Assembly: GCF_006345805.1 (NCBI RefSeq)
Contig: NC_043013.1
Location: 5,332,001 to 5,396,000 of the forward strand
Reading direction: 5' to 3'
DNA length: 64,000 nt
Origin: Octopus sinensis
Taxonomy: Eukaryota
The notes below the pieces were generated by a model that saw nothing but the letters and a program-made list of their open reading frames with translations, was not told the DNA's origin and ran no database searches. Made by a program: the position numbers and the translations under genes. Every line of letters starts with the position of its first letter. The first letter of the stretch is position 1. Below, piece by piece: positions 1 through 11,669 of the stretch.

Positions 1-342
1 ACATTTTGATAAAGTCATGAATGAGGAAAACAAAGAAATCACTGCGACAATGGTTGGTATTGTGTTTACTGTTCGTAGAGACACACGAGAATTTAGTGAA
101 TAAACTGCTTTGTTGAGAAGAAAGAGCAGGAAGCAGGATCGATTGACAGATAGATAGAGAGGGGAATAAATAGATAGAAAGATAGAAGCAGATATATATA
201 TTAGATAGACAGATGAACAAACAGATAGAAAGAGGAGAGACAGACAGAAACAGAGGAAATAATAGCTGGACATTAGTGATGGATGGAAACAAATGACCAA
301 ATGCTGGCCCCAGGACATGCATCCTACAGTGCATAGTCTGTA

Positions 343-535
343 TTTGTCCCCCCCCCAACATCGCTTGACAATCGATGCTGGTTTGTTTACATCCCCATAA
401 CTTAGCGGTTCGGCAAAAGAGGCTGATAGAATAAGTACTAGGCTTACAAAGAATAAGTCCTGGGGTCGATTTGCTCGACCAAAGGTGGTGCTCCAGCATG
501 GCCGCAGTAAAATGACTGAAACAAGTAAAAGAGTA
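343..535 (+). mobile_element. Family A SINE, 3' half
   Basis: cttgacaa..gatgctgg...ccagcatggccgcagt..atgactgaaacaagtaaaagag tail shared with more than 15 copies in the window. Confidence 0.85.
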
Positions 536-1182
536 TGTATTTGGTTTAAATATTTTTATCTCTCAGTATGTGTGCATGTCATTGTCTTGATATCATGTGA
601 TAGTTGTAAATGAGTGTCACTGTCATACAAGTGGTGTACATTTCCAATGTTTTATGAAAAAGTGTCCAACCATGGGGGGAAACATTACTCTCACTTGGAA
701 ACAGGCAAGGGTTGGTGACAGGTAGGGCATCCAGCCATAAAAAAATCTGTTTCAATAAATCCCATCAAATTCATGAAAGTAAGGAAGAATGAATATTTGA
801 TGGTAAAACAAGGAGCGATTCTAAAAATGCATGGCGGTAAAAGAATAGGGTAGTTGATAGGTGTACGGTTCTACAAGATGCGAGTAGTAATCAGAAACAC
901 AACCAGAACAATTTGGGGGATTGGATCATGGAAGAAGCCTTCCTTATATTGTTCCCATTCATTTCCATGAACACGTGAAGGGTGAAGTTCATCCAGAGAG
1001 AATATTTGGAAATTTAATTTGTGGTATAAATGAAGTTTATATTTTAATTGAAATCAGTGCACCTCAACTGGGGTCCACTTGACCCTTAGAGGTCCTTATA
1101 AGATTTGTTAAAATTTATCTGCAATTGGTTATGCTTCTACAATAAACAAAATATTTAAACAATTTTTTTTTTTTAGATTACT

Positions 1183-1310
1183 TACATTTGACGGATATTT
1201 GTCATCTTGTTTGTTGGCTGATATACCCTCCACAGCCTTCTTCAGGTATCTTGGGGGAAATTTCAAACCTGGGTTCTCATTCCTAAGGTATTTTTCCTAT
1301 GTTGTTGTTG
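1183..1310 (-). mobile_element. Family C element, 3' part, with an internal deletion
   Basis: Matches the 1400-1540 copy but lacks about 16 nt (ttaacacaatgtttca). Confidence 0.8.
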
Positions 1311-1389
1311 TTATTATATTTTTGCAATTAAATATTATTAGGGATAGTATAAAAAAAAAATTCAGTTCTATATTTAAGAGATGAGGAAT

Positions 1390-1615
1390 AATGTACATTA
1401 TTTGCATTTGACGGATATTTGTCCTCGTCTTGTTTGTTGTTAACACAATGTTTCAGCTGATATACCCTCCATCCTTCATCAGGTGTCTTGGGGAAATTTC
1501 GAACCTGGGTTTTCATTCGTAAGGTATTTTTAGATATTATTATTCAGGTCACTGCCTGGAATTGAACTTGGAATCTTGGGGTTAGTAGCCCGCACTCTTG
1601 GCCACTATGCCATAT
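1390..1615 (-). mobile_element. Family C: tRNA-headed SINE-like element with hammerhead-like tail
   Basis: A-box-like catagtggccaag, B-box-like agttcaattcc; tail contains CTGATGA...GAAAC. Confidence 0.8.
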
Positions 1616-1619
1616 GCCC

Positions 1620-1835
1620 GTGGGTTAAGAGCACAAGGCACTAACCCCAAGATTCCAAGTTTGATTCCAGGCAGTGACCTGAATAATAATATCTAAAAAT
1701 ACCTTACGAATGAGAACCCAGGTTCGAAATTTCCCCAAGACACCTGATGAAGGCTGGAGGGTATATCAGCTGAAACATTGTGTTAACAACAAACAAGACG
1801 AGGACAAATATCCGTCAAATGCAAATAATGTACAT
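1620..1835 (+). mobile_element. Family C copy, head to head with the previous one
   Basis: Near-identical reverse complement of 1390-1586. Confidence 0.8.
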
Positions 1836-2639
1836 TATTCCTCATCTCTTAAATATAGAACTGAATTTTTTTTTATACTATCCCTAATAATATTTAATTG
1901 CAAAAATATAATAGGATTTTTTAAACAGCAAATGGTTATGACAGTCCATTTGAGAGAAACAGGAATCAAAGAGGTCCATAAGCAAAAAAAAAAAAGTTGA
2001 GAACCACAGATTTACATCAAGATGTAAAGGTCTTATTGAATTGATAAACCAGACGACAGCACAGAGCTCCAATATATGGCTTTGAAATGGTTTATACCGC
2101 TAGATGCCCTTCCTCACACCAACCACTTGACAGAGGGGATACATTTTGCATAGCACCAGCACTAGTGAGGTCACCAAATAACCAGAAAAACCCATTGGTT
2201 GACTGGCATTGTAGTATTGGGGGATGTGGCTTTATATCAAGTGTTGAGGGGTTAAAATATGATAGAGCCATAGGAAAGAGTATCTTGCTGAAGAGGAAAC
2301 ACATGACTTCCCAGGATAGAAAGAGAGAAAACGCGAGAGCATAAACATATTGTCAGACTTACATTTTCCTTCCTTCGTATTCATTTTCTTCCAGTTTTGT
2401 TGCTGCTTCAGGGTTTTTTAAAAAATTTCTTTCATTTATCGAAGTGTACACCTTGTTCACTGTTTGCTATACCTTTCTTAAAAATGCATATTTTTCAAAG
2501 AAATTTTCCAGAAATACATTTTAAATGACATAGATTATGATCATGTGGGAGAAAAAAAATTTCTTCTTCCAGCATTCACCAATATAATCATAAAGTACAC
2601 TCTTGGAGATATATCTGCAAAGTTTCATTAACATTTTAC

Positions 2640-3007
2640 TCTCTCTTTTACTTGTTTCAGTCATTTGACTGCAGCCATGCTGGAGCACTGCCTTTAGTCG
2701 AACAAATCAACCCCAGGACTTATTCTTTGTAAGCCTGGTACCTATTGTATCAGTGTCTTCTGCCGAACCGCTAAGTTACAGGGACGTGAACACACCAGCA
2801 TTGGTTGTCAAGCGATGTTGGGGAAACAAACACAGACATACAAACATATATATGATAGGCTTCTTTCAGTTTCTGTCTACCAAATCCACTCGCAAGGCTT
2901 TGGTCAGCCCGAGGCTATAGTAGAAGACACTTGTCCAAGGTTACACACAGTAGGACTGAACCCAGAACTATGCAGTTCATAAGCAAGCTACTTACCACAC
3001 AGCTACT
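2640..3007 (-). mobile_element. Family A SINE (tRNA-like head, internal microsatellite)
   Basis: Reverse complement of the 11183-11584 copy. Confidence 0.88.
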
Positions 3008-3292
3008 ATGCATTTTCTGAAAGTTATGAGGAAACAAAATTGGACGAGATGCCAAACTGTTGTTACAATGCACTGGGTTATATAAAAACAGATTTGCATA
3101 AAAACCTAGAAATGTTGATGTTCACATACAAAAAAAAAAGAACATTATTAGCAGATTTACATCCTCCAAAATCATTTGATTAGTGGAACAGTGATAATTT
3201 GTGAGACATTCCAGGGATTCTCTATTTGAGTTTCCTTGGTAAAACATGCTTGTGATCCCATTTGCATATGACATACACACAAAAGTCGTATA

Positions 3293-3390
3293 GGTGAAGG
3301 TAAAGAATACGCACACCACCCGTTTTCGGCGTTTAGGGTTAGGTTTAAGATTGTGTCGAAAACTGGGTGTGCGTATTCTTTACCTCCGCC
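3293..3390. mobile_element. Unclassified fold-back MITE-like element
   Basis: Perfect 20-bp arms at 3298-3317 and 3366-3385, plus inner 7-bp arms. Confidence 0.6.
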
Positions 3391-3640
3391 ATATATAGAG
3401 TGTGTGTGTATGAGAGAAATTCACAGCTACAAACTCCAGGGACTACCTCGACTAAAATAAAAGGAACTTTATCACTTTGTTACAGACTGGTGTAATTCTG
3501 CAAAGGAACAACAAAAAAAAAAACGGCGGAATTTTGTGATAAGTGTCCCTTGAAGTTCCACACCTTCTGGGAAAGGAAAGGGTGTAGGAGTTGAGGGAAG
3601 AAGTTTCCAAAATTTGAAAATTATGGAAATTGCCTAAATA

Positions 3641-3742
3641 CAGTGGTCCCGATGTTTGGAAAGACTTCCGTGTTTTTACAGCGCACACTCGTTTGGGGGT
3701 TAGGGTTAGTTTTAAGGTTTCGTAGATGCGTCGGGACCTCTG
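3641..3742. mobile_element. pogo/Tigger-like MITE with a TTAGGG-like core
   Basis: TA|CAGTGGTCCCGA ... TCGGGACCTCTG|TA. Confidence 0.6.
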
Positions 3743-4496
3743 TATTTAAGTAGTACCAGAAAAAGATACTCTTTTCGTTTTATATGAAGTGAGGACTGCA
3801 ATTCCAAAATTCAACCAAGAAAACAAAAACAATACTAATGTAGGATTTAACAAGAGAATGGAAGAATACAAAAAAACAAAAAAAAAAAAACATGAGTTGG
3901 TTAATTTAACAAAAACATCAGAAGGTGACAACAAACAATTTAGACTCAAAGAACGAAGAACCTTGAAGTGGCAGAAACCTACCAACAATTGTTGCGGAAG
4001 GAATTGAGAACCAAGTATAAACCACAAACAACATATGGAAATTATTATAAAAACAACAGATTTATCTTCTTTACAAACTGGATTTGGGTTTTCTCGCTTT
4101 TACTGTCCTTAATTCAAATTGGTCCATTGATTGAGCTTCGACTGTCCTAAACTACAATTCGTTTCGTGGTGGGTCATCCACGTGTGGAAATAACCAAAAC
4201 AGATGCTGGGGCCCAGCTGGGCTTTGCTGTTATATGCCGAGAAGTTTGGATAGTTTTTAATTAAGCGGGTGGCTCTCAATTTAGGATGTTAATGGTGTTG
4301 AATGAAGAATATGAAAGGTGTAGAAGCTCCGAGTGACCAACGTCCAGTTGACTGATTCTCTGTATTTCGAAGACATTTACAAGATTGCAACTGTCGGCTT
4401 TTTTGGTTGAATTTAGGACATTAAAGCGAGGACACCCTTGTGTTTTTTGTTATGTTATGTGTGTGTTTGTAACGAATTAATATGGTAAAAGAATCC

Positions 4497-5282
4497 TCAA
4501 GTATCTGTTTTAAAAGGGTTCAATTTAGAGAGGAGAGATGATTCCGGCGGTTTACTGCTAGGCTCTTCGAGTGTGGTAGTTTTTAATTTCTCTATAAGTT
4601 CTTTTGTGTATAACTCCTTTAGGGGAACGATGGGGTTTTCAGCTTTGCGTAAAAAGTTCGCTTTTTTCAAAGCTTCCTTCACTGAAAGACCGACCCATTC
4701 GGCTTCCTCTTCGGGGATGACAAATTCTTTATACCTCTCATAGATCTCCCCTTGTTTCTGCAAGTTGTCCTTCGCAAACGACCTCCTGGCAAGGGCGAGT
4801 AACATCTTTCTCTTTAGTCGCAGCCCCAGGTTCGAACTCAAGTCAACGGCGTGTGTTTTCAATATGTAATTATCGAAACCATAAACTTCATCTATCAACA
4901 TCAAAGTTCTCTGGGTGACTGTTATTTCGAACCATTTCTCCAAGATTTCGCTGTACAGTGCCCTCTTCTCCAGATGTGGACGCCAGAGAAAAGGGGTTTT
5001 GGTCGAAGTCCGCCGCTTCTTCCTCAGTCCATACACCAATCCTTCGCCGCCCCACAAACCAGCATCACTTTGCTCGGGATATATCACAGGTAAAGGAAAA
5101 TTATTAACAACCTTCAGTTTTTTACCATTAATTTTAGGGTTACTGATGTATTCTTCTGCTGGCTTCCAGTGGACTGGTGTGGGTTCTTTTGCATTAAATT
5201 CTTGACACCAACGTTTATAATATTCTGGTAGAAGGGCGTCAATTTCTTTAGTCCATCGGAAAAACTTGCGGTAACGAATCAT
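4497..5282 (-). CDS. MRPL28: 39S mitochondrial ribosomal protein L28 (bL28m), single-exon CDS, 261 aa
   Basis: Intact ORF. Motifs PTPVHW, GLWGGEG, LYSEIL..F.ITVT.RTL.LIDE.YG.D.YILKT and IPEEEAEWVGL match human MRPL28 as I recall it. N-terminus is basic (MIRYRKFFRW). Confidence 0.96.
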   Translation of the reverse strand: MIRYRKFFRWTKEIDALLPEYYKRWCQEFNAKEPTPVHWKPAEEYISNPKINGKKLKVVNNFPLPVIYPEQSDAGLWGGEGLVYGLRKKRRTSTKTPFLWRPHLEKRALYSEILEKWFEITVTQRTLMLIDEVYGFDNYILKTHAVDLSSNLGLRLKRKMLLALARRSFAKDNLQKQGEIYERYKEFVIPEEEAEWVGLSVKEALKKANFLRKAENPIVPLKELYTKELIEKLKTTTLEEPSSKPPESSLLSKLNPFKTDT

Positions 5283-6559
5283 GATTTAACATAAAGCAGA
5301 GTTTCCAGGTTCAGAGAGCAATTATTATATTCTGCTTCTCTTAGGAATGTATTCGCTTATTCCGGAACTTAATTACACCGCATCATAATACAATAGAAAT
5401 TATTTCCCTTTAAACCGGAACTTACATAAGCAAACTATTCGCTTATTCCAGAATAAACCTAGTAAATCATTGTCTTATTTAAATAAAAGGTATTACTCTA
5501 ATTTCCTGAAACTTAAATAATAGAAATAACCGAAGTAGGGTTTAAATTTTGCTTCGCTTTGCTTTTGTTCAAGTAATTTATTTTTCTCACGAAGGTCAAA
5601 ATAACCCCCCTCTCTCCTTTCTGTACTTGACTCATCCACTCTCCTCTCTCACCTCTTATTCCCGAACGAGAATATAATCGTCGGTGTAAATCATTATTTT
5701 ATTTAAACCTCCACTAATTTTCATATTTAAATTTCATTAATTTACATATAATTTACAGTATAATTGACATATTATAAAAATAATAACTTGAATAGAGGAA
5801 ATTGAGTCCGTCTCATATAAATACAATTATTAGTCGTGATGAAAGTTACCGAAAGGAAAAAAAAAACTTTTAGCAATATTTTTTGTTTTCAAATAAAATT
5901 TTCCTTTAGAAAATGTGATGGCTTATTTCTATAAAATAATAAATGTTCTTTCGTTTATTCTACTAAATATTTCTTTTGTGTTTGTGTGTATAATACCCAT
6001 TTATAGCGGTAAGAGCGGGGCAATATTTACAGAGGGATTTTCTACCGTTTTCTCTTCGATAACAAAGAGAGTTAGCTCCTCTTCGTCTTTAATTTTATTA
6101 TTAATATTAATTATGTTCCGAGTTCGAATCACGCCGGGTTTACTAACATTATTTTTCATTCTTCGGGAGTCGATAAAATAAATACCAGTCATGTACTGGT
6201 GTCGAGTTTATCTGCAATACACTCACCCAAAAGCATGTGGTCTAATGTTTAGGTTAAAAACCACAATTATTATTATTTGTAACTTTTTCTGATACTAATG
6301 AATGAATAAGACAACTGCGCAGAATAAAATTAAATGTCCAGAAAAAAATACGATTATCATTATTATTTTTAAATAATATTTGTATAATAAAGTATTAAAT
6401 TTATAAATCATGACTTCGGTTATACAGTATACTTTATATATTTTTCTTTTGTTCGAGGTAGCTACTTTTAGGGTGACTCGTGTTATGGAACTTCTGTTAC
6501 ATTAAAGAAATGTTTCGAATCCCTTGTTTCTCCTATATTAAAAGACCCATTATTTCACA

Positions 6560-6561
6560 AT

Positions 6562-6623
<62 letters not shown>

Positions 6624-7050
6624 GTATGCAACTAAGGAATTAAATATGACATTCTTAAAGCAGAATTTTTTTCTCTCTAAATCTCATTTATTCTTTTACA
6701 TGTCAATATCCAGGAATATCCACACGTCGAATATATAATGCTATATAAACCTAATAACAAACACATACGCGTACACGCCTATGCGTATATTTTTATCTGT
6801 ATTTGAGTATTTGTGAGTATGTATGTGTGTGTGTGTATTTGTGTAGCTATGTATGTAGTTGTTTGTGTGTCTGTGTGTATGTGTATGTATTTGTGTGTAT
6901 TTGTATGTGTGTATGTATTTGTGTGTGTGTGTGTATGTATTTGTGTGTCTGTGTATGTGTATGTATTTGTGTGTGTGTTTGTTTGTGTGTATGTATTTGT
7001 GTGTATGTGTATGTATTTGTGTATGTGTGTGTGTGTGTGTGTGCGCGCGG
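6560..7050. repeat. (CA)/(TA) and compound (GT/GTAT) microsatellites
   Basis: Directly visible. Confidence 0.95.
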
Positions 7051-7934
7051 CTTAATTTACTCTTTAAACATGGCTGCCCCCATCCAGCTGTTTCTGTGTC
7101 TCGGTGTTGGCAAAATATTTATTCGGTTGTTATAATAATAACAACAATAATTGCCATCATTTCCATAACCTTGTACCCTACCGGCTTAACTTACCCTCTA
7201 CATTCAGCTAACACAAATCGACATTGTCATAAAATCCATTATTACAGGTATGGTCATTCCTTTATCTAAACTGTTTATATTAACCACTTTATATTATGTT
7301 TTAAAAATCAATTATCGGCTTTTGTATTAATTGTGGCTTTATTTAGCTTAGACACGAAACCTGGTCGTTAGAACAGATTCTTTAAAATTTTCGAGTGGAT
7401 TTTGCTGTATATTACTGGTTTCTATTTGATCGATCCCAGACGGATTTCACGTAGAATCGTAGAGGCGAAATTATATGATATTCAAACCATTCAACTCCAG
7501 CACCCGTGTCAGCCTGGAATAACGATTTCTAGCATCGGAACAAGGCCATGGAGTTTCTATGAGGTGGATTCATATGGTCGTATTATATCAGCAGCACCGA
7601 AACTTGACTGGTACCTCATTCCATCGGCCCCGGAAGGATGACAATCAATGTCGACTTTGGTAGGAGTTGAACTTGGGACGTCGAGAAACGAAACTAAAAT
7701 GCTACGAGGGTACATGACAAGGACAAATTTCAAAGACGTGAAAGTTTCTACATTGACTCGAATATGAGAATGAGAAAACAGACATACAAAAAGTGTCAGT
7801 ATCATTTTTAATATTGTTATACAAAAATTCAAAACAATCTATTTGACATTTCCTTTCACTTTAAACCAACAATCATTTCCTGGCGAATCGGTTTCGATTC
7901 TTTATTGAATTAGTTTCACTTCTCTTCGGTATCC

Positions 7935-7955
7935 TGACGTCACTAATGTCATTGG
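7935..7955. promoter_or_regulatory. Full CRE palindrome TGACGTCA with a nearby reverse CCAAT
   Basis: TGACGTCA at 7935-7942 and ATTGG about 8 nt downstream, in a locally CpG-containing non-repeat stretch. Function is inferred only. Confidence 0.3.
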
Positions 7956-8195
7956 AAAAGGCATGAACGTCGCACCGTCTTATTTCATTAATTAAAAGAA
8001 ACAAATATATATTTTATTTTATCTTTTCATACTTTCTAACTATGATATTACGAAAATTACGTATGTCATATATAAAATAAATAGATAAGCAGGTTAGTCC
8101 TGTTCTCTGACGCCAGACCACAATCAGAGGGAAACAAGGGAGTTGGAACTTCACTCTCCAATGATTACGCAATATATATATATGTGCGTGTCCGA

Positions 8196-8241
<46 letters not shown>

Positions 8242-8459
8242 AATAGTAAAAAGTGAAAAAACTACAGAAGGCTTGTTTTAAACACCAACTTTCTCACCTA
8301 TATACACACATAACAAAAGTAAAAGCAATTTGAATTTTTTTAATTATTAATTTTATTTTTTTATAATTCTGTCTGATGACTGGTGGCGTGTAACTAAAGC
8401 GATATTATTTTCCCTAGCCTTTGAAACTATCGTCTACGATTAAATACGACCCCACCCCC

Positions 8460-8650
8460 CAGTGTTCCTTCTAATTTTTCCCTTTGTGCGCAGAAATTTG
8501 CTTGTGTGCAAATTTTGTTTTTCTGTGCACACCTATTGCAACTAACCATCTTCAATTTCAAAAACTTCAATTTCATTTTGAAAAATCATGTGCGCGCACA
8601 TTTTTTTTCTTTGTGCGCGCGCACAAGCGCACGGCTTAAAGAGGCCCCTG
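8460..8650. mobile_element. hAT-like MITE
   Basis: Ends cagtgttccttctaa ... ttaaagaggcccctg, a degenerate TIR of the CAGTGTTCCCTCTAA type. Confidence 0.55.
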
Positions 8651-10099
8651 AGAACCCCTCCTTTCTGCATCCCTTCTACACAGACCAAGTAACTTTGAAT
8701 TTAAACAGTGATGTGAATGAAATTATATAATAGATTTGTTTATGGTCTTTAACGTTTATGTAACTACACTAGAAGTTTATATTTGTATATATATATATCC
8801 CACGTCACTAATTAACATAGAAATATCTTAATTTAATTAAGAATTCTTGTTAATTATTATTGATTAGCATCTCAGCTCTAGGTTTAACTCACATGTTGGG
8901 GTCCCTAGTTGAAATATGCCCCTTACACCCCCACACACCTCTGTGTTATTGTTTCTGCGGATGTTCGTTCTGTCATTTCTGACCAAAAGTCATTCCATTA
9001 TATAATGGCCAGAATAAACACAATTCCAGAAACTACACTTTTGAAATTTGATGTGAAACCGGTCAAGTGTATTCTTATATTTTAAAATGTAATTAAATTC
9101 TAATTAATTATAATATATTCTGTACATTTTCAACTTCATTTTTGCTATCCCCCTGGATTAATAACATATATAAATACATACATAGAGAGCGTGTCCTTAT
9201 TTTTAATGCGCCTAGTTGTGATTTCAGAGAGATTTAGCTGCTCTTTCTAACCGTTTGAGCAACTATATAGAGGCTTTCTTCCTCTTTGGCTCCAGTAACA
9301 GACTTCAGTCAGTCGTATTTGATTGAGAAATACCTATGTTGTGAAATACCTGAGGTGTGATTTCAGAGCGATTAAAGACCAACTCATTTGGATCCAATGG
9401 GTACCAATTAAATACTGAGATGTCAATTTTATTAAATATCTCCCCTACACGATGAAAAAATGTGTGGCTTTGTCCCTCAATTATAATTCGGGATTCAGTA
9501 AAAAGAATTTCATCATCTCTCTCCGCCGCCAAGAATATCTGACTGAGCCGGGAACCATGTGGTTGGAAACCAGAAAGCAATGCGAGGAATTTTGTTTGTT
9601 TGTTTATTTATTTTTGCTTCCATCTCGTCAATACGAAAAATAAAAACAAAAAAAACTTTCGCGAAAGAAACCCAAAGCATTGAATAATAGCAAAAAAGAA
9701 ATACATTGAACTCCAATATAATACATGAATGGTTCGTTTTGCGTTGTTCGTTTCGGTTTAAATTATTCTCTGTGTTCTGCCTCTTGTCTAATGAAAAAGT
9801 AGATGGTACATACCAGGAATATCTACCTGTCTGTTTGCCTGCCTGTATGTATGTATTTGCTGCATCAGAACCTCCCAAAACTAGACACCATTATATCTAA
9901 GCATTGTTCAAACCTAATTAGGCTACCTGTGAAGAAGATCAAACAATAACAAAGTAAGCGATCTTCACAAACTATGAAGTCACAAACACTTTCCAGTTTA
10001 TATGAATCCAAGAACCCAGAATAACGAGACTAAACTATTTTAAAAACTCACATTATGAGAAAGAAAGAAAGAGAGAGAGAGGTTTGGTAATACAAACAG

Positions 10100-10134
<35 letters not shown>

Positions 10135-10222
10135 CCTAGATAGATAGATAGATAGAGAGATAGATCCTAGATAGATAGGTAGATAGATAGAGAGATATAT
10201 GGATAGATAGATAGATAGATAA
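10100..10222. repeat. (GATA)n microsatellite
   Basis: Directly visible. Confidence 0.95.
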
Positions 10223-11182
10223 GACTTTAAAAAACATGAATTTATATTGATTTAATCGGCAGAAGTTACAAATTGACTCAAGATTTTATGTCACTAGTAA
10301 TAAATAAATACATACATAGATACATACATATATATTAAAGGATGTTCCTGTTTGCTTATATATATTATATAATATATATATACAGGCGAATAGGAACGTT
10401 TTTTGTGATATTTTTGTAGCTTTAATAATAATAACGTCTCTCTCACATATATATGTATAATTATATTTATAAAATTGCGACATTGGGCGGTTTTCTTAAC
10501 TATAAAAAATCCACTTTCACTTTCCTTGGTTGCATCATTTGGCGATCAGTCGATGATTTGGGACTAAGCGATTCTCCATATATATACTCATATACACATA
10601 CCGTACATATGTAAATGTTTTTTTGTGTAGAGTTGTATATCAAAGCAATTTAACATTTTAAAACTTTTGGGCAAAATTTCGATATTAGTACGACGTCATT
10701 GAGCCACACTAACTTCCCTTATGACATAAAGGCTAAAACTGAAAAGGAGATTGAACGAAGCCTTCTCCTAGGTGACCGGTAATAAAGTCGCAATTTTGGC
10801 TAGGAAAAAAAGTCATAATTAATTTATGGGATCCGGACAAAACCCCTGTGACTTTTTTTTTTTTTTTTTTTACCTGGATTCGTCTCCTCACACCGAAACT
10901 CTTTAGACCAATACCGAACGAACGCCAACTTTTGTAAAGAGGAAGTTAATAGTGACTTTGAAGTTTCGGCTTCTTCGCCTTCATCGGACTGTCGAGGGTG
11001 GGCCAGAAGTCACGCCCAAAATAAGTTCGTTCCGGAATTGTCAAAGACATGCTGAAATTTTTCTAAGATTGAAAAAAAATAGATAAAATAATGATGAATA
11101 CACACTTTCTTGTGCACGATGAATAAAAATGAAGATTAATAATGATAATATATAATAAAAATAAAATAATTATATATATATA

Positions 11183-11584
11183 GGAGTGGCTGTGTGGTAA
11201 GTAGCTTGCTAACCAACCACATGGTTCCGGGTTCAGTCCCACTGCGTGGCATCTTGGGCAAGTGTCTTCTACTATAGTCTCGGGCCGACCAAAGTCTTGT
11301 GAGTGGATTTGGTAGACGGAAACTGAAAGAAGCCTGTCGTATATATGTATATATATATATAAGTGTGTGTGTGTATATGTTTGTGTGTCTGTGTTTGTCC
11401 CCCTAGCATTGCTTGACAACCGATGCTGGTGTGTTTACGTCCCCGTCACTTAGCGGTTCGGCAAAAGAGACCGATAGAATAAGCACTGGGCTTACAAAGA
11501 ATAAGTTCCGGGGTCGATTTGCTCGACTAAAGGCGGTGCTCCAGCATGGCCGCAGTCAAAATGACTGAAACAGGTAAAAGAGTA
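11183..11584 (+). mobile_element. Family A SINE, full length (reference copy)
   Basis: ggagtggctgtgtggtaag head, ggttcagtccc B-box-like motif, gccttgtgagtggatttggtagacggaaactg body, AT/GT linker, aaacaagtaaaagag tail. Confidence 0.9.
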
Positions 11585-11669
11585 TATATAATATACATAA
11601 AATGTCAAATGTTTTGGTAACTTTTGGCCCACTTTAAGGACTATATATATATATACACACACACACACA

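Noticed and set aside
2-103. Open frame HFDKVMNEENKEITATMVG...FSE* at the window edge
   Set aside because: Only 34 codons, no recognisable motif, and the upstream context is missing.
1570-1680. tRNA-like sequences here and at 46940-47014, 49399-49470 and 51975-52030
   Set aside because: A and B boxes are present, but acceptor and anticodon stems are incomplete and each runs into a repeat body. These are SINE heads, and the parent tRNA cannot be assigned reliably.
1328-2000. Two near-identical predicted peptides (M(K/R)TQVRNFPKTPDEG...)
   Set aside because: They come from the inverted duplication of a non-coding element, not paralogous genes.
3335-3712. TTAGGG motifs as interstitial telomere
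   Set aside because: Only one or two units each, embedded in fold-back elements.
6803-7269. Long ORFs (also 17824-18742, 24013-24627, 40858-41525, 54302-54871, 55194-55523, 59883-63096)
   Set aside because: They are translations of microsatellites that lack stop codons; there are no splice signals or domain features.
9305-9580. Minus-strand 91-aa ORF
   Set aside because: It starts inside a SINE fragment, has no convincing acceptor and no recognisable homology.
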